Virus record (IMG/VR): IMGVR_UViG_3300042878_001709
Span: 62,001 to 126,000 of that record
Length of the DNA stretch: 64,000 nucleotides
Reading direction: 5' to 3' (one strand)
DNA from: an uncultured virus (IMG/VR IMGVR_UViG_3300042878_001709)
Lineage: Duplodnaviria > Heunggongvirae > Uroviricota > Caudoviricetes
Of this stretch, positions 1 through 9,564 are shown one piece after another. Under the pieces are notes generated by a model that ran no database searches, was not told the origin of the DNA, and saw nothing but the letters and a program-made list of their open reading frames with translations. The translations under genes and the position numbers were made by a program. Position 1 is the first letter of the stretch; the number at the start of each line of letters is the position of its first letter.

Positions 1-1
1 T

Positions 2-688
2 TTCTTAAATATAAACGATAAAATTAGTGATGGTGTAGTTCATCCAGTTTTAGATGAGTTAAAATATAAGATGAGGAAACAAGGTTGGAATTTAGTGGCG
101 AAACCTTATATATGGTTTAAAAAAAACGCAATGCCGACTAATTGTAAATATAGATCAATTGATAGGTATGAATACGTATTCCATTTCTCCAATTCAAATA
201 AACCTAAATTTAGGGCAGATAATTGTAGGACTGAACATTCTGAGGTAACTAAAAAAAGATTTAAAAAACCTGTCACCACTATTAACTCTAGAGATGGTGT
301 TTACGACTCTCAGATGAAAGAACTCAATGTAAATGGGTCATTACCTCACAATGTTGTGATAGCGGCAGCAGAATCCAATTCAAGTATCCTACATCCCGCA
401 CCCTTTACTGTTGAGTTGGCAGAATGGTTTGTTAAAATAGGTAGTGATGAAAATGATACTATATTAGATCCCTTCGCAGGATCTTCTACAACAGGAATTG
501 CATCATTAAAAAATAATCGGAAATATATCGGTATAGATTTAGTAGATTTTAATATCATATTCGGTAAAAAAAGAATGGATCATTTTTTAGAGACAGGTGA
601 AACATATATATCTAAAAATTTATTAGAGGAAAAAGAAATAGATGTTAACTACTATAAAATAAAAGGTAGACATATTAACAACCCTTAA
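2..688 (+). CDS. DNA N4-C/N6-A methyltransferase (beta class), 5'-truncated by window edge
   Basis: Frame is open from base 2 (FLNINDK...). Contains IWFK, HPAPF and the SAM-binding ILDPFAGSSTTG and YIGIDL motifs. The DPPY-type motif would lie upstream of the window. Confidence 0.9.
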   Translation, partial: FLNINDKISDGVVHPVLDELKYKMRKQGWNLVAKPYIWFKKNAMPTNCKYRSIDRYEYVFHFSNSNKPKFRADNCRTEHSEVTKKRFKKPVTTINSRDGVYDSQMKELNVNGSLPHNVVIAAAESNSSILHPAPFTVELAEWFVKIGSDENDTILDPFAGSSTTGIASLKNNRKYIGIDLVDFNIIFGKKRMDHFLETGETYISKNLLEEKEIDVNYYKIKGRHINNP

Positions 689-755
689 AAACTTTACATG
701 TTGTATTTTTTTTCTATATTTAATTGTTAAATAATGATTTTTTAAAATTTATGAG

Positions 756-980
756 ATGATAGCATCAGCACCCAAATTTAGTAAGATAATTTTACTACTT
801 AAAGACAGTGAAGGGAAACCTTCAAATAAAATAGAATATTTAGATTCTGCAATGATAATAACAGGTAATTATGTTATCATTACTGAAGAAGAAAGTTCTA
901 ATGTAAATGATCCAGCAATTATAGACGGAAAAATATATGAAATGAAAGACATATATTCATATAGATTATTTAAAAATTAA
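756..980 (+). CDS. hypothetical protein
   Basis: 74 aa ORF co-oriented and tightly packed with its neighbours. Confidence 0.6.
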   Translation: MIASAPKFSKIILLLKDSEGKPSNKIEYLDSAMIITGNYVIITEEESSNVNDPAIIDGKIYEMKDIYSYRLFKN

Positions 981-983
981 ATT

Positions 984-1280
984 ATGGTATTATTAAAACA
1001 CGAAGAAGACGATTTTATTGAATGTCTGTACGATTCCTCTAATGTTTTGGGGTCAAAATTCTTAAAAAAAGAAAAAAAATTGGCGGTTATTTTTAAATCA
1101 GGAACCCAGTATGTCTATAACAATGTAACAAATGAGGATTACAAACAATTTGAGTCTAGTGATAGTCAAGGTAAATTACTTAATACAGTAATTAAAAAAT
1201 ATACTTTTGAGAAATCTAAAAATATTATAGACGTTACACCAATGTTAGAACAAATAAATGTTATTAAAAATAATATATGA
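984..1280 (+). CDS. KTSC domain protein
   Basis: DSSNV...L.V.FKSG..Y.Y.NV....Y..F..S.S.GK pattern typical of KTSC. Confidence 0.85.
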   Translation: MVLLKHEEDDFIECLYDSSNVLGSKFLKKEKKLAVIFKSGTQYVYNNVTNEDYKQFESSDSQGKLLNTVIKKYTFEKSKNIIDVTPMLEQINVIKNNI

Positions 1281-1405
1281 ACGATAAAGTTAAAAAAAGA
1301 CACTTGATTCAAGTGGACCTAAGTGGTTGTAAAAACATGAAGGAATGTATGAAGGTAATTGATGTGGTTACGTCAGGCAAAGTTAAAATTACAGTCAATG
1401 AATAA
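1277..1405 (+). CDS. small hypothetical protein (42 aa, not in ORF track)
   Basis: ATGA overlap with the KTSC stop. Translates MNDKVKKRHLIQVDLSGCKNMKECMKVIDVVTSGKVKITVNE and its stop overlaps the thyA start. Confidence 0.55.
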   Translation: MNDKVKKRHLIQVDLSGCKNMKECMKVIDVVTSGKVKITVNE

Positions 1406-2561
1406 TTTAGATAAACAATACACAGACCTACTTCAAGATATCATAGATAACGGAGTAACCAAACAAGATAGAACAGGAACGGGTACACTATCTGTATTTG
1501 GTAGACAAATACGTCATAAGATGTCAGATGGATTTCCTTTACTGACAACAAAGAAAATGACATTCAAACTTATATCAACAGAGCTGATGTGGTTTCTACG
1601 TGGTGATACAAACATTAAGTTCCTTGTTGATAACGACTGTCATATTTGGGATGGTGATGCGTACCTTAATTGGAGAAATAAAGGTAGAGATTTTTGGGAA
1701 GAACAAGTGGATGGAATGTTTACAAATGAATTAGGTGAAGAAGAGGTAGATAAAATATCAAAAGAGTGGTTCATCAACAAAATCAAAACAGATGATGAGT
1801 TTGCAAAGAAGTGGGGTGATTTAGGTCCAATTTATGGTAAACAATGGAGAGCGTTTGGTGGTTATAATAAAGTTCCATCTGGATGGGATCATGGTTCAAT
1901 AACGTCTTTTAAAGATGTGTCAAAATGTGATCAACTTGAAAACCTAATCAATGATATTAAAACAAATCCAGATTCACGAAGATTAATGGTTACCGCATGG
2001 AACCCATGTGAAATAGATCAAATGGTTCTTCCCCCTTGTCATTACGGATTTCAAGTTTATACAAGAGAGTTGAGTAGAGAGGAAAGAGTTGATTTGTATA
2101 TTGAAAAATATGGGGATGGTGGTATGGATTATGAAAAATATAAAGATACAATACCAAACAGAGCAATCTCTTTAATGTGGAATCAACGAAGTGTTGATAC
2201 ATTTTTAGGATTACCATTTAACATTGCATCTTACGGATTGTTATTAGAAATCATTGCTAAATTAGTTAACATGATTCCAGATGAATTAATTGGTAACTTA
2301 GGTGATACACATTTATATTTGAATCATATTGAACAAGCAAAGGAACAGATTGGTAGGGAATTGAGTTTGGAAGAAAGAAAAAAATTGTGGCAATCTACAA
2401 GTGGATTTATACCAACCCGAACAAGAGAACCATTCCCACTACCAATATTAGACATTCATCCGGGAATACTCGATTATGATATGGAAAAGTATCCAATTGG
2501 ACTCTTTGAAATTAAAGACTATCAATCTCATCCGACAATTAAAGCACCATTAAGTAATTAA
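1398..2561 (+). CDS. thyA: thymidylate synthase with insertions
   Basis: DRTGTGT, FPLLTTKK, ELMWFL, LGPIYG.QWR, SRR, catalytic LPPCH, QRSVD..LGLPFNIASY, GDTHLY, IKAPL. Start placed at ATG 1398 (MNNLDKQY) rather than TTG 1359. Confidence 0.97.
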   Translation: MNNLDKQYTDLLQDIIDNGVTKQDRTGTGTLSVFGRQIRHKMSDGFPLLTTKKMTFKLISTELMWFLRGDTNIKFLVDNDCHIWDGDAYLNWRNKGRDFWEEQVDGMFTNELGEEEVDKISKEWFINKIKTDDEFAKKWGDLGPIYGKQWRAFGGYNKVPSGWDHGSITSFKDVSKCDQLENLINDIKTNPDSRRLMVTAWNPCEIDQMVLPPCHYGFQVYTRELSREERVDLYIEKYGDGGMDYEKYKDTIPNRAISLMWNQRSVDTFLGLPFNIASYGLLLEIIAKLVNMIPDELIGNLGDTHLYLNHIEQAKEQIGRELSLEERKKLWQSTSGFIPTRTREPFPLPILDIHPGILDYDMEKYPIGLFEIKDYQSHPTIKAPLSN

Positions 2562-2563
2562 TT

Positions 2564-2815
2564 ATGATATACCAATTAAAAACATTTGATGATAAAATTC
2601 TTGTAGAATTAAGAATTGTTGATCACGGAACAGAGTTCTTTACATCAAACGAACTATCGGTTCTTAAAGAAAAAATTAGTGTTGCGAATAGTGATCATGG
2701 TTCACAGTTTGAGAAAGATTTAATGTCATTAGAAGGGGTTAATATATCTTTGATTGAGGATAGGGTTAAAAAAATAAGTGAGGAATGGGCTTTAAAATAT
2801 GAAATATTTTATTAA
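2564..2815 (+). CDS. hypothetical protein
   Basis: 83 aa ORF directly after thyA. Confidence 0.6.
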   Translation: MIYQLKTFDDKILVELRIVDHGTEFFTSNELSVLKEKISVANSDHGSQFEKDLMSLEGVNISLIEDRVKKISEEWALKYEIFY

Positions 2816-3011
2816 ATATATGTTATTATGGGTTAGTCAGAACCTATCAATACCTTTTTGGATGGTAGGTCATGTTCATTTAAGTGTTAACATATATGAA
2901 GACGTATATGAAATATTGGCATCCATAAGTATGAACGTAATAGTAGGTATTGGGTTTTGGTTAAGTTGGGTAGATTATAAAAAAGAAATAAAAAATAAAA
3001 AATATGAATAA
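2799..3011 (+). CDS. small membrane protein
   Basis: Two hydrophobic segments and a basic C-terminus. Confidence 0.6.
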   Translation: MKYFIKYMLLWVSQNLSIPFWMVGHVHLSVNIYEDVYEILASISMNVIVGIGFWLSWVDYKKEIKNKKYE

Positions 3012-3213
3012 TAGTTATCAAATAAAAAAAATTATGGTATTAAACAGTAAGAAATTACATGTTTTATTATTAAATTCACTAAATGAGGTTTTTGAAACTG
3101 ACTGTATAGATGAGGCAACAAAACTTTGTGAAATATTAAATACCAACACAGACAGTGGGTGGAGGTACGAAATAATTACAATAAATAATATAGAGAAACG
3201 GGCGTTTCATTAA
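3004..3213 (+). CDS. hypothetical protein
   Basis: 69 aa ORF overlapping the previous stop. Confidence 0.6.
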   Translation: MNNSYQIKKIMVLNSKKLHVLLLNSLNEVFETDCIDEATKLCEILNTNTDSGWRYEIITINNIEKRAFH

Positions 3214-3635
3214 TAACAAAAAATAAAAAATAAAAAATAAAAATTATGGAAACAATTTCATTCGCTTTAGGTGTTGCGTCTGTATTAATTGTGCTATTAA
3301 GTACAGTTACTATATGGAATATGCTTAAGGTTAAAAAATTAACTAAAGAAAAAGAAAATCTACATATTTTAATCAATAATGTAGAACAAAACTTAAATAA
3401 TAAAATAGATGACGTTCAACGTCATATTCATGAAACTTTTAGAGAAGTTCATAATCTAACAGATAGGATATCAACAGATATATATCGATCAATAGAAATA
3501 TCTTCCGATGATAGTAAAAAATATACTGACTCACGCATAGATAAACTGATAGACGCTTACTTTTCCCATTATAAGGAAATAGGGAGTAAATCAAAACAAA
3601 TAATTAAAGGATAAAATAAGATTACGCCCGTTTCT
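3194..3635. repeat. 12 bp long-range inverted repeat enclosing gene 3246..3614
   Basis: AGAAACGGGCGT (3194-3205) is the exact reverse complement of ACGCCCGTTTCT (3624-3635); GC-rich in very AT-rich surroundings. Confidence 0.8.
3246..3614 (+). CDS. single-pass membrane protein with coiled coil
   Basis: N-terminal TM segment ISFALGVASVLIVLLSTVTIW, then a basic stretch and a heptad-like helix. Confidence 0.75.
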   Translation: METISFALGVASVLIVLLSTVTIWNMLKVKKLTKEKENLHILINNVEQNLNNKIDDVQRHIHETFREVHNLTDRISTDIYRSIEISSDDSKKYTDSRIDKLIDAYFSHYKEIGSKSKQIIKG

Positions 3636-3665
3636 TATTTTTTAGATATTTATCCATATAGAAAT

Positions 3666-3673
3666 ATATTTAT
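3666..3673 (+). promoter_or_regulatory. putative late promoter ATATTTAT (second copy at 3646-3653)
   Basis: Recurrent motif just upstream of ATG 3687. Confidence 0.65.
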
Positions 3674-3686
3674 TATAAAAAAGTTT

Positions 3687-4484
3687 ATGGATATTAAAAA
3701 AATTACAGAACAAGAAGTTAGTGACTTAATAAAGAAAGAGAACATTGATTTATCTTCTTTTGAAGTTAGAAGTACTTTAAACCCTAAAATTTTTGATACT
3801 GATCAACATATGCATCTAGAAATAAGAAGAAGATTACTTATGATTGCGGATGATTTTTTCGAAACACTTAAAATAGGTTGGGTTGATATTCAAGATATTA
3901 TATTAACAGGTAGTTTGGCAAATTATAATTGGTCAAAATTTTCTGATGTAGACTTACATATTTTAGTAGATTTTGTCGATGTTGACGAAAATGAAGAATT
4001 AGTTAAGGAATACTTCAACTCAAAAAAAAATCTATGGAATGAAACACATGATATCACTATCAAAACGTATGATGTAGAATTATATATGCAGGATACAGAA
4101 GAACCACATGTATCTAGTGGTGTTTATTCTGTTTTATGGGATGGATGGATAGTTAAACCTGATTCCTCTAAAAAAGAAATAGATTCTAAAAAAGTAGAAC
4201 AAAAAGTTAATAGTATTATTGATACAATAGAAGAAATTTATCTAATGTATAAATCAGGTGAATACGATAAAACTATTAGAATGGTTAAAAATCTTAAAGA
4301 TAAAATCAAAAAAATGAGACAGACTGGTTTAGATAGGGAAGGTGAGTACTCATTTGAGAATATAGCGTTTAAAGTTTTAAGGAGAACTATGTACTTAGAT
4401 AAATTAAGTGAGATAGAAACCAAGTCATATGATAAGTCTTTAACTTTAGATGAGTCTTTCATAAATAATAAATTTAAATTATAA
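3687..4484 (+). CDS. nucleotidyltransferase (Pol-beta superfamily)
   Basis: ILTGSLANYNWSKFSDVDLHIL fits hG[GS]x9-13DhDh; third acidic residue in YDVELY. Confidence 0.8.
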   Translation: MDIKKITEQEVSDLIKKENIDLSSFEVRSTLNPKIFDTDQHMHLEIRRRLLMIADDFFETLKIGWVDIQDIILTGSLANYNWSKFSDVDLHILVDFVDVDENEELVKEYFNSKKNLWNETHDITIKTYDVELYMQDTEEPHVSSGVYSVLWDGWIVKPDSSKKEIDSKKVEQKVNSIIDTIEEIYLMYKSGEYDKTIRMVKNLKDKIKKMRQTGLDREGEYSFENIAFKVLRRTMYLDKLSEIETKSYDKSLTLDESFINNKFKL

Positions 4485-4503
4485 TTTTTTTACTAAAAAC
4501 GTA

Positions 4504-4511
4504 ATATTTAT
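4504..4511 (+). promoter_or_regulatory. putative late promoter ATATTTAT
   Basis: 14 nt before ATG 4526. Confidence 0.65.
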
Positions 4512-4525
4512 TTATAAATAATAAT

Positions 4526-4849
4526 ATGGGAACAACTTATTTAACTGGAACATATTCCGTAATTCATACGAATACTACCGCAGACTTTGATGATTATGTT
4601 TATAGTGAAGTATATTTTGGTAAAACAGGTGCTTATACTATAAATGGTGCATCCGTAGCTGGTCAAATTGGTACTACTTTAGATAATATCATACAACCAC
4701 CGCCAGCAACTACTTTATCTAGTGGATTTCTACTATTAGGAAACCCTAAACCATTAGGGGTATTCCCGACTGGATTAATAACCGCAACTGGTGGTACAGA
4801 ACAATATCAATTTGTAAACATAAAAACAGGTTTACCAACTAACGGATAA
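4526..4849 (+). CDS. hypothetical Thr/Gly-rich protein, possibly virion
   Basis: Beta-strand-like T/G-rich composition, late motif upstream. Confidence 0.6.
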   Translation: MGTTYLTGTYSVIHTNTTADFDDYVYSEVYFGKTGAYTINGASVAGQIGTTLDNIIQPPPATTLSSGFLLLGNPKPLGVFPTGLITATGGTEQYQFVNIKTGLPTNG

Positions 4850-4868
4850 AATAAATAAAAAAAATAAA

Positions 4869-6698
4869 ATGGGAAAATACGTAAATCCAAAAACATTAAA
4901 AGGTCAAGACAAACTAAATAGAATGTTAGACCTTATGGGTAAAATGACTACTTTAAATGAAAGTAAATCATTTTCTGAATTAGAATTAATAAAAAGAGGC
5001 CCAAATGGGATAGTATATGGTATAATTAGAGAAAATCATGATTACTTCATTAAAACATCTAATAAACAATCAGGTAAATTTTTAGCTGAGAATTTTAGTT
5101 ATATTGGCGGACTTCAAAATAAATACGATGAGAGATATCACTCATACTCTGAGGCATTAAAACAACTTAACCTTAAATTTGATATGTTAAATGAATCTTA
5201 TGGTATTAAGAGAAATACTAACATATTTGAGTCAGATGGTAACGCAATTGCAGGTGGTACTGGATTTGGTTTCGTATTAGAAGAAGAAAATGAAGAAATC
5301 ATTTCTGATGAGGAAAAAAAAGTTATTAAGGTAGACTCACCTAAAAGTGAATCACCTGAGGCACCTGTTGAGGATGATGTTGAGGATGAAGGTCCTGAAG
5401 TTGATATGGGTGGAGATATTGCCGATATGGATTTTGGTGATGAGGATGAGGAATCTGAAGATGAAGAATCTGAAGGTGGTGATGATATCACAAAAAAAAT
5501 ACAGAAATTAACTGGTAAGATAGGTCAAATGTTAAGAGATAAAGAGGAAGTTGATCCTGAATTGGAGAAATACGTTATTAACTCAATTATTTCTGCATTA
5601 CATTTAGATGAAATGGATGAGAATGATAAAGAAGACATCATTTCAAAAATAGAAGGAGAAGAAGAATCTGAAGAGGGGGAAGAAGGAGAAGAACCTGCTG
5701 AAACAGAAGTAAGTCCAGAAACAGAAGAACCTGCTGAAACGGAGGCAAGTCCAGAAGGAGAAGAATTATCAGAAGAAGTGTCTAAATCTAAAAAACCTTT
5801 AGAGATTACACCTGATATGATTGCAATGTTATTGAAAAATGGTGAATGTAATTGTTCAGGACATAAATTAGTTTACAAACCAAAAGAAACTAAGAATGAA
5901 AGTAGAGTTTTCTCTAAAAAAAGAATTATGGAATCTTTTCTAACGGACGCAACTAAAAAGTCACTTAAAAAAGTTTTAAGAGAAAATAGACAAATTTGTG
6001 AAAATTGTATGGGTGCGGGTTGTGATAATTGTTCAGATGATAATTATGATAGAACTAACTATATGGTAGATGAAGAAAGATTTACTGATGGTAGAAAAAA
6101 GATAGATAGAGCAAAACCTTACGGTAAGATAACTTCTGCGGATTTTGAAGCATTAAGAAGTGGTAAAAAAACTGAGGGAAGAAGAGATAGAAGAAGAGGT
6201 ATAATGGGTGAAGACGATATGACTATGATGGACGCAGTTCAGACAGGACAAGGATATTTACCAACAGGTGATTTAGATAGAGATTTTGATAGAATCCCTA
6301 ATCGTTTAGATATGGATAATAATTCAGATGGTAATTTAGATTTCACCTCAAATTCTGACAGATTTAATAGAGGAAGAACTAATGACGATTTTATCGAATT
6401 AGATATCGATTTCTTAAGAAGTAGTTCACCAGTTAAAGAACCAGGAATTGACAGACCGATAACTATACCTAAAGAAAAGAAACCTTGGGAAACTATTAAA
6501 AGACCACAAGTCGATCCTAGACCTAAGGCATCGGGTAATGCACCAGTTAAAGAACCAGAAATTGAGGAACCAATCACTAAACCAGGTGAAGGTGACAAAT
6601 GGAAAACTATTAAAAGACCGTTACAAGATCCTAGACCTAAGGCGATGGGAGACGAAATGGCAAAACCTTCATTTAGAAGAAGAGGAATGTTTAGATAA
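4869..6698 (+). CDS. acidic prohead core / internal head-like protein
   Basis: Long D/E tracts, multiple LNE/LEE/LSE sites, a Cys cluster and C-terminal Pro-rich repeats; lies in the late block upstream of the terminase. Confidence 0.55.
   Translation: MGKYVNPKTLKGQDKLNRMLDLMGKMTTLNESKSFSELELIKRGPNGIVYGIIRENHDYFIKTSNKQSGKFLAENFSYIGGLQNKYDERYHSYSEALKQLNLKFDMLNESYGIKRNTNIFESDGNAIAGGTGFGFVLEEENEEIISDEEKKVIKVDSPKSESPEAPVEDDVEDEGPEVDMGGDIADMDFGDEDEESEDEESEGGDDITKKIQKLTGKIGQMLRDKEEVDPELEKYVINSIISALHLDEMDENDKEDIISKIEGEEESEEGEEGEEPAETEVSPETEEPAETEASPEGEELSEEVSKSKKPLEITPDMIAMLLKNGECNCSGHKLVYKPKETKNESRVFSKKRIMESFLTDATKKSLKKVLRENRQICENCMGAGCDNCSDDNYDRTNYMVDEERFTDGRKKIDRAKPYGKITSADFEALRSGKKTEGRRDRRRGIMGEDDMTMMDAVQTGQGYLPTGDLDRDFDRIPNRLDMDNNSDGNLDFTSNSDRFNRGRTNDDFIELDIDFLRSSSPVKEPGIDRPITIPKEKKPWETIKRPQVDPRPKASGNAPVKEPEIEEPITKPGEGDKWKTIKRPLQDPRPKAMGDEMAKPSFRRRGMFR
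6422..6645 (+). repeat. two Pro/Lys-rich peptide repeats (PVKEP...PIT.P...W.TIKRP..DPRPKA)
   Basis: caccagttaaagaaccag and aaactattaaaagacc...gatcctagacctaaggc each occur twice. Confidence 0.85.
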
Positions 6699-7096
6699 TG
6701 TATTTAGTATATATTAATAAAATTGGACAAAACTGGAAGGGGAACTACATTTATGAGTTCCTCTTTTCTGATATTTTAACCGATATTGATGGTGATGGTT
6801 GGGATTCATATCCTTCATCAGGAAATCCTGAACCACCAGAAAATAAATTTATTAAAAAATCTGGATCATTAACTACTACTTTAAAATTAGATTTAGTACA
6901 GGAATCAGATTCTTTCGCTATGTGGGACGCAGTTGACGGCATTATCGCATTGGGTTGGGAGAATATGGAAAATTATGATGAGTATCCTGAAAAAAGATTA
7001 TTCTTTACTTTTGGTGAAGAATTTAATTCTGTTGAGGATAAACTTTACGAAAAAGATTTAGTTATTAGATATGATAAAGAAATAATTAATACATAA
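6698..7096 (+). CDS. hypothetical protein
   Basis: 132 aa, TAATG coupling to the upstream gene. Confidence 0.7.
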   Translation: MYLVYINKIGQNWKGNYIYEFLFSDILTDIDGDGWDSYPSSGNPEPPENKFIKKSGSLTTTLKLDLVQESDSFAMWDAVDGIIALGWENMENYDEYPEKRLFFTFGEEFNSVEDKLYEKDLVIRYDKEIINT

Positions 7097-7107
7097 AAGA
7101 AATAGAT

Positions 7108-7401
7108 ATGGGAAATAAAATTAAAATTTATGAATCAGAAATTAAAAGAGCGGTAAGACGTAAACTAATGGAAAGATTTGTTGATGAGGCAGAACAAATG
7201 ACTGTTTATGATCAAGACGAATTTAATAGTTCTTTTGATAAATTAGAAAAGGGTTCTTACGGTGTTAAAGATAAAGTTGGTAAAATACGTTCTGTAACTG
7301 TTAATGAAGAAGATGCCGATGACGATATAGAACCCAAAAATAGTAAAAGAGGTGGGTTCCGTAAATTAACCAGAGGTAAAAGATTTAAAAAAGATATTTA
7401 A
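7108..7401 (+). CDS. putative internal head protein
   Basis: N-terminus KIKIYESEIKRAVRRKLME resembles the shared propeptide. Confidence 0.55.
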   Translation: MGNKIKIYESEIKRAVRRKLMERFVDEAEQMTVYDQDEFNSSFDKLEKGSYGVKDKVGKIRSVTVNEEDADDDIEPKNSKRGGFRKLTRGKRFKKDI

Positions 7402-8075
7402 TGAAAAAAATAGATATTATTAACGAAGTTTATACTGAAAAACAAAGAAGATGGGCATGTGATCAAATAGATGCACCTAAATCTGAAAGAGAAATATCTA
7501 AAAAGGATGCTACTGAAATGTGTAAAGACGTTAAACAATCTAAAAAGAAGAATGAAATTGTAAAACCTAAAATGAAAAAAAAGGACTTAGTAGAATACAT
7601 TAACACTAAAATTTCTTTAAAAGAAAATGGTGAAGTTTTTATTGTAACTGAAATACCATCAGTAGATAAAAGAGAAATATTTAGATTCTTCGAACAGTTA
7701 AGACAGAGTGGTGTTATTAATATGTTTGGTTCGTCTCCAATACTGAATTGGACAAAGGATGACTTACATAGATGGTTATATGGTATGGGTAAAGATCCTG
7801 AATCTATGGAATCTGAAATAGAAGAGTTAGAGGATGATAACGAAGAGGGTGAAAATGATTCTGACATAGAATTACTACAAAGTCAATTAGAACCTATTAA
7901 GTATTTATTAGAAAACAAAAATAATATAAGAGATATTTTAATTAGGGGTGCAATGACAAGATTAGAAAACAGAGGTGAGGAAGATCCTGATTTATCAAAA
8001 GTTCAGAGAGTTTTCGAATCTTTGGCTAAAGAATGTTTTAAAATGTGGACAACGGCATTATACGGAAATAGATAA
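7401..8075 (+). CDS. putative internal head protein
   Basis: MKKIDIINE N-terminus; contains an LRQSGVINMFG motif seen in small phage proteins. Confidence 0.55.
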   Translation: MKKIDIINEVYTEKQRRWACDQIDAPKSEREISKKDATEMCKDVKQSKKKNEIVKPKMKKKDLVEYINTKISLKENGEVFIVTEIPSVDKREIFRFFEQLRQSGVINMFGSSPILNWTKDDLHRWLYGMGKDPESMESEIEELEDDNEEGENDSDIELLQSQLEPIKYLLENKNNIRDILIRGAMTRLENRGEEDPDLSKVQRVFESLAKECFKMWTTALYGNR

Positions 8076-8086
8076 AAATAAATATT

Positions 8087-9508
8087 ATGAGAAGAAAAAA
8101 TATAATTAACGAAGTAACTAAAAGAGTTCTTTCTGAAAAAGTTAGAATTAAAAGAATAAGTGAGGCAGTTGAATACGATCCCGAACATCCAGAAAGAATG
8201 CACCCAGGATTAGAAGGTAAACTTAGAAGTGGTGAACACCTTTTCGGTAAGAGTAAATCATTACCTGTGGGTTCAGATATGCAAAATTATTCTGAGAAAT
8301 TGGCTGGACAAAGATTTAAAGAAATCATTAACAAAGTTAAAAGATATCATGGTGTTAGAAATATAACACCTAATATGATGCAAATGATGTTTCAGATAAT
8401 GGGTGAAATTAGTCAGATTGAGACTAGACATAAAGAAGCATTAGAAAGATTGGCGGTAGATATTGTTTCAGAAGAATTTGATTTACCTGAACAAATGTTA
8501 GAAGCAACTTTAACTCCTCCAGGATCACCATTAAGTAATGAACCTGATGAAGATGAAGAAGAAGATGATGATGACTCACCTCAATTTGAGGTACCTAAAC
8601 AACCTAAAAGTGCGGAGAGAATGGAAGAGTTAGAAATAGAGGTAGATAAAAGAAGGGTTATTAATTCATTGATGCAGGGAGCAGCTAAAAAAGGACACTA
8701 TATATTTCATATGGTGGCAGACGAATTAGATGCAATTGATCCAAGATTGATGGGGTTATATGGTAAATTAATGTCATTAGCAGATTTCCAATATTGGGTA
8801 ATTCCTGATACTATGATGACAGGTCAAGTTGGTGGTGTAGAAAAGATAGAATGGAGAAAGGCTGAGAAACCAGAAAATAAAGATGAAGAAGAAGACATGG
8901 AAGACATCAATTTAGAAGAAGGTGATGATATGCCAGTGGTAGTCGCTAAGGCATGGATATTCCCTCTATTAGTACATGAATTAATTAAGGGGGCGTTGGA
9001 ATTGGCAGCCATAAATTGGGCAGATGATCATTTAGATTTTGAGGAACAAAAAGAAGTTATTGCAAAGGCAGATACAGATGAAGGTGAAATATGGGGAATG
9101 AGATTAGGTCCAGGTATGTGGGAAAAATTCTTAGACTGTATTGGTACAGAAAATTATGACATAAAACAATGGTTATTCAGAGAGTTAACTAAATTACCCG
9201 CAAAACAATTTCACGAATTTATGAAAGAAATTTTAAGTGGAAGTCAAAAGTGTAAAGAGGTTGTTGATACATTAAAAGAATTACATAAAGAAGATAGTGG
9301 TGATAGTTTAGGTGATATGTTTAGTGATACGGGTTATGATAGTATGGGTGACATTTTAGATAATTTAGGTGAAGAACCTGAAACTGAAGAAGAACCTTCT
9401 GAGGTTGACTATTCCAAAATGAGTAAAAGAGATATCGAAGAATTAATTAATGACGCATTAGATTCAGGTGATTTTGACCTTGTGGAAAAATTACATAAAT
9501 ATATGTAA
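8087..9508 (+). CDS. hypothetical acidic protein, putative head-associated
   Basis: 473 aa; N-terminal IINE/VLSE/ISE sites; acidic linkers. Confidence 0.6.
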   Translation: MRRKNIINEVTKRVLSEKVRIKRISEAVEYDPEHPERMHPGLEGKLRSGEHLFGKSKSLPVGSDMQNYSEKLAGQRFKEIINKVKRYHGVRNITPNMMQMMFQIMGEISQIETRHKEALERLAVDIVSEEFDLPEQMLEATLTPPGSPLSNEPDEDEEEDDDDSPQFEVPKQPKSAERMEELEIEVDKRRVINSLMQGAAKKGHYIFHMVADELDAIDPRLMGLYGKLMSLADFQYWVIPDTMMTGQVGGVEKIEWRKAEKPENKDEEEDMEDINLEEGDDMPVVVAKAWIFPLLVHELIKGALELAAINWADDHLDFEEQKEVIAKADTDEGEIWGMRLGPGMWEKFLDCIGTENYDIKQWLFRELTKLPAKQFHEFMKEILSGSQKCKEVVDTLKELHKEDSGDSLGDMFSDTGYDSMGDILDNLGEEPETEEEPSEVDYSKMSKRDIEELINDALDSGDFDLVEKLHKYM

Positions 9509-9530
9509 GAAATATATAAAAACAAAATTG

Positions 9531-9556
9531 ATCCCACCTATGTGGGATTTTTTTTT
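9531..9556 (+). terminator. intrinsic terminator
   Basis: ATCCCAC-CTAT-GTGGGAT followed by a T run. Confidence 0.85.
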
Positions 9557-9564
9557 ATCCGTTA

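Noticed and set aside
1359..1397. Upstream TTG start for thyA; likewise the 43787 start for the zinc-finger gene
   Set aside because: The extensions overlap another small ORF or the promoter; ATG 1398 and ATG 43850 fit better
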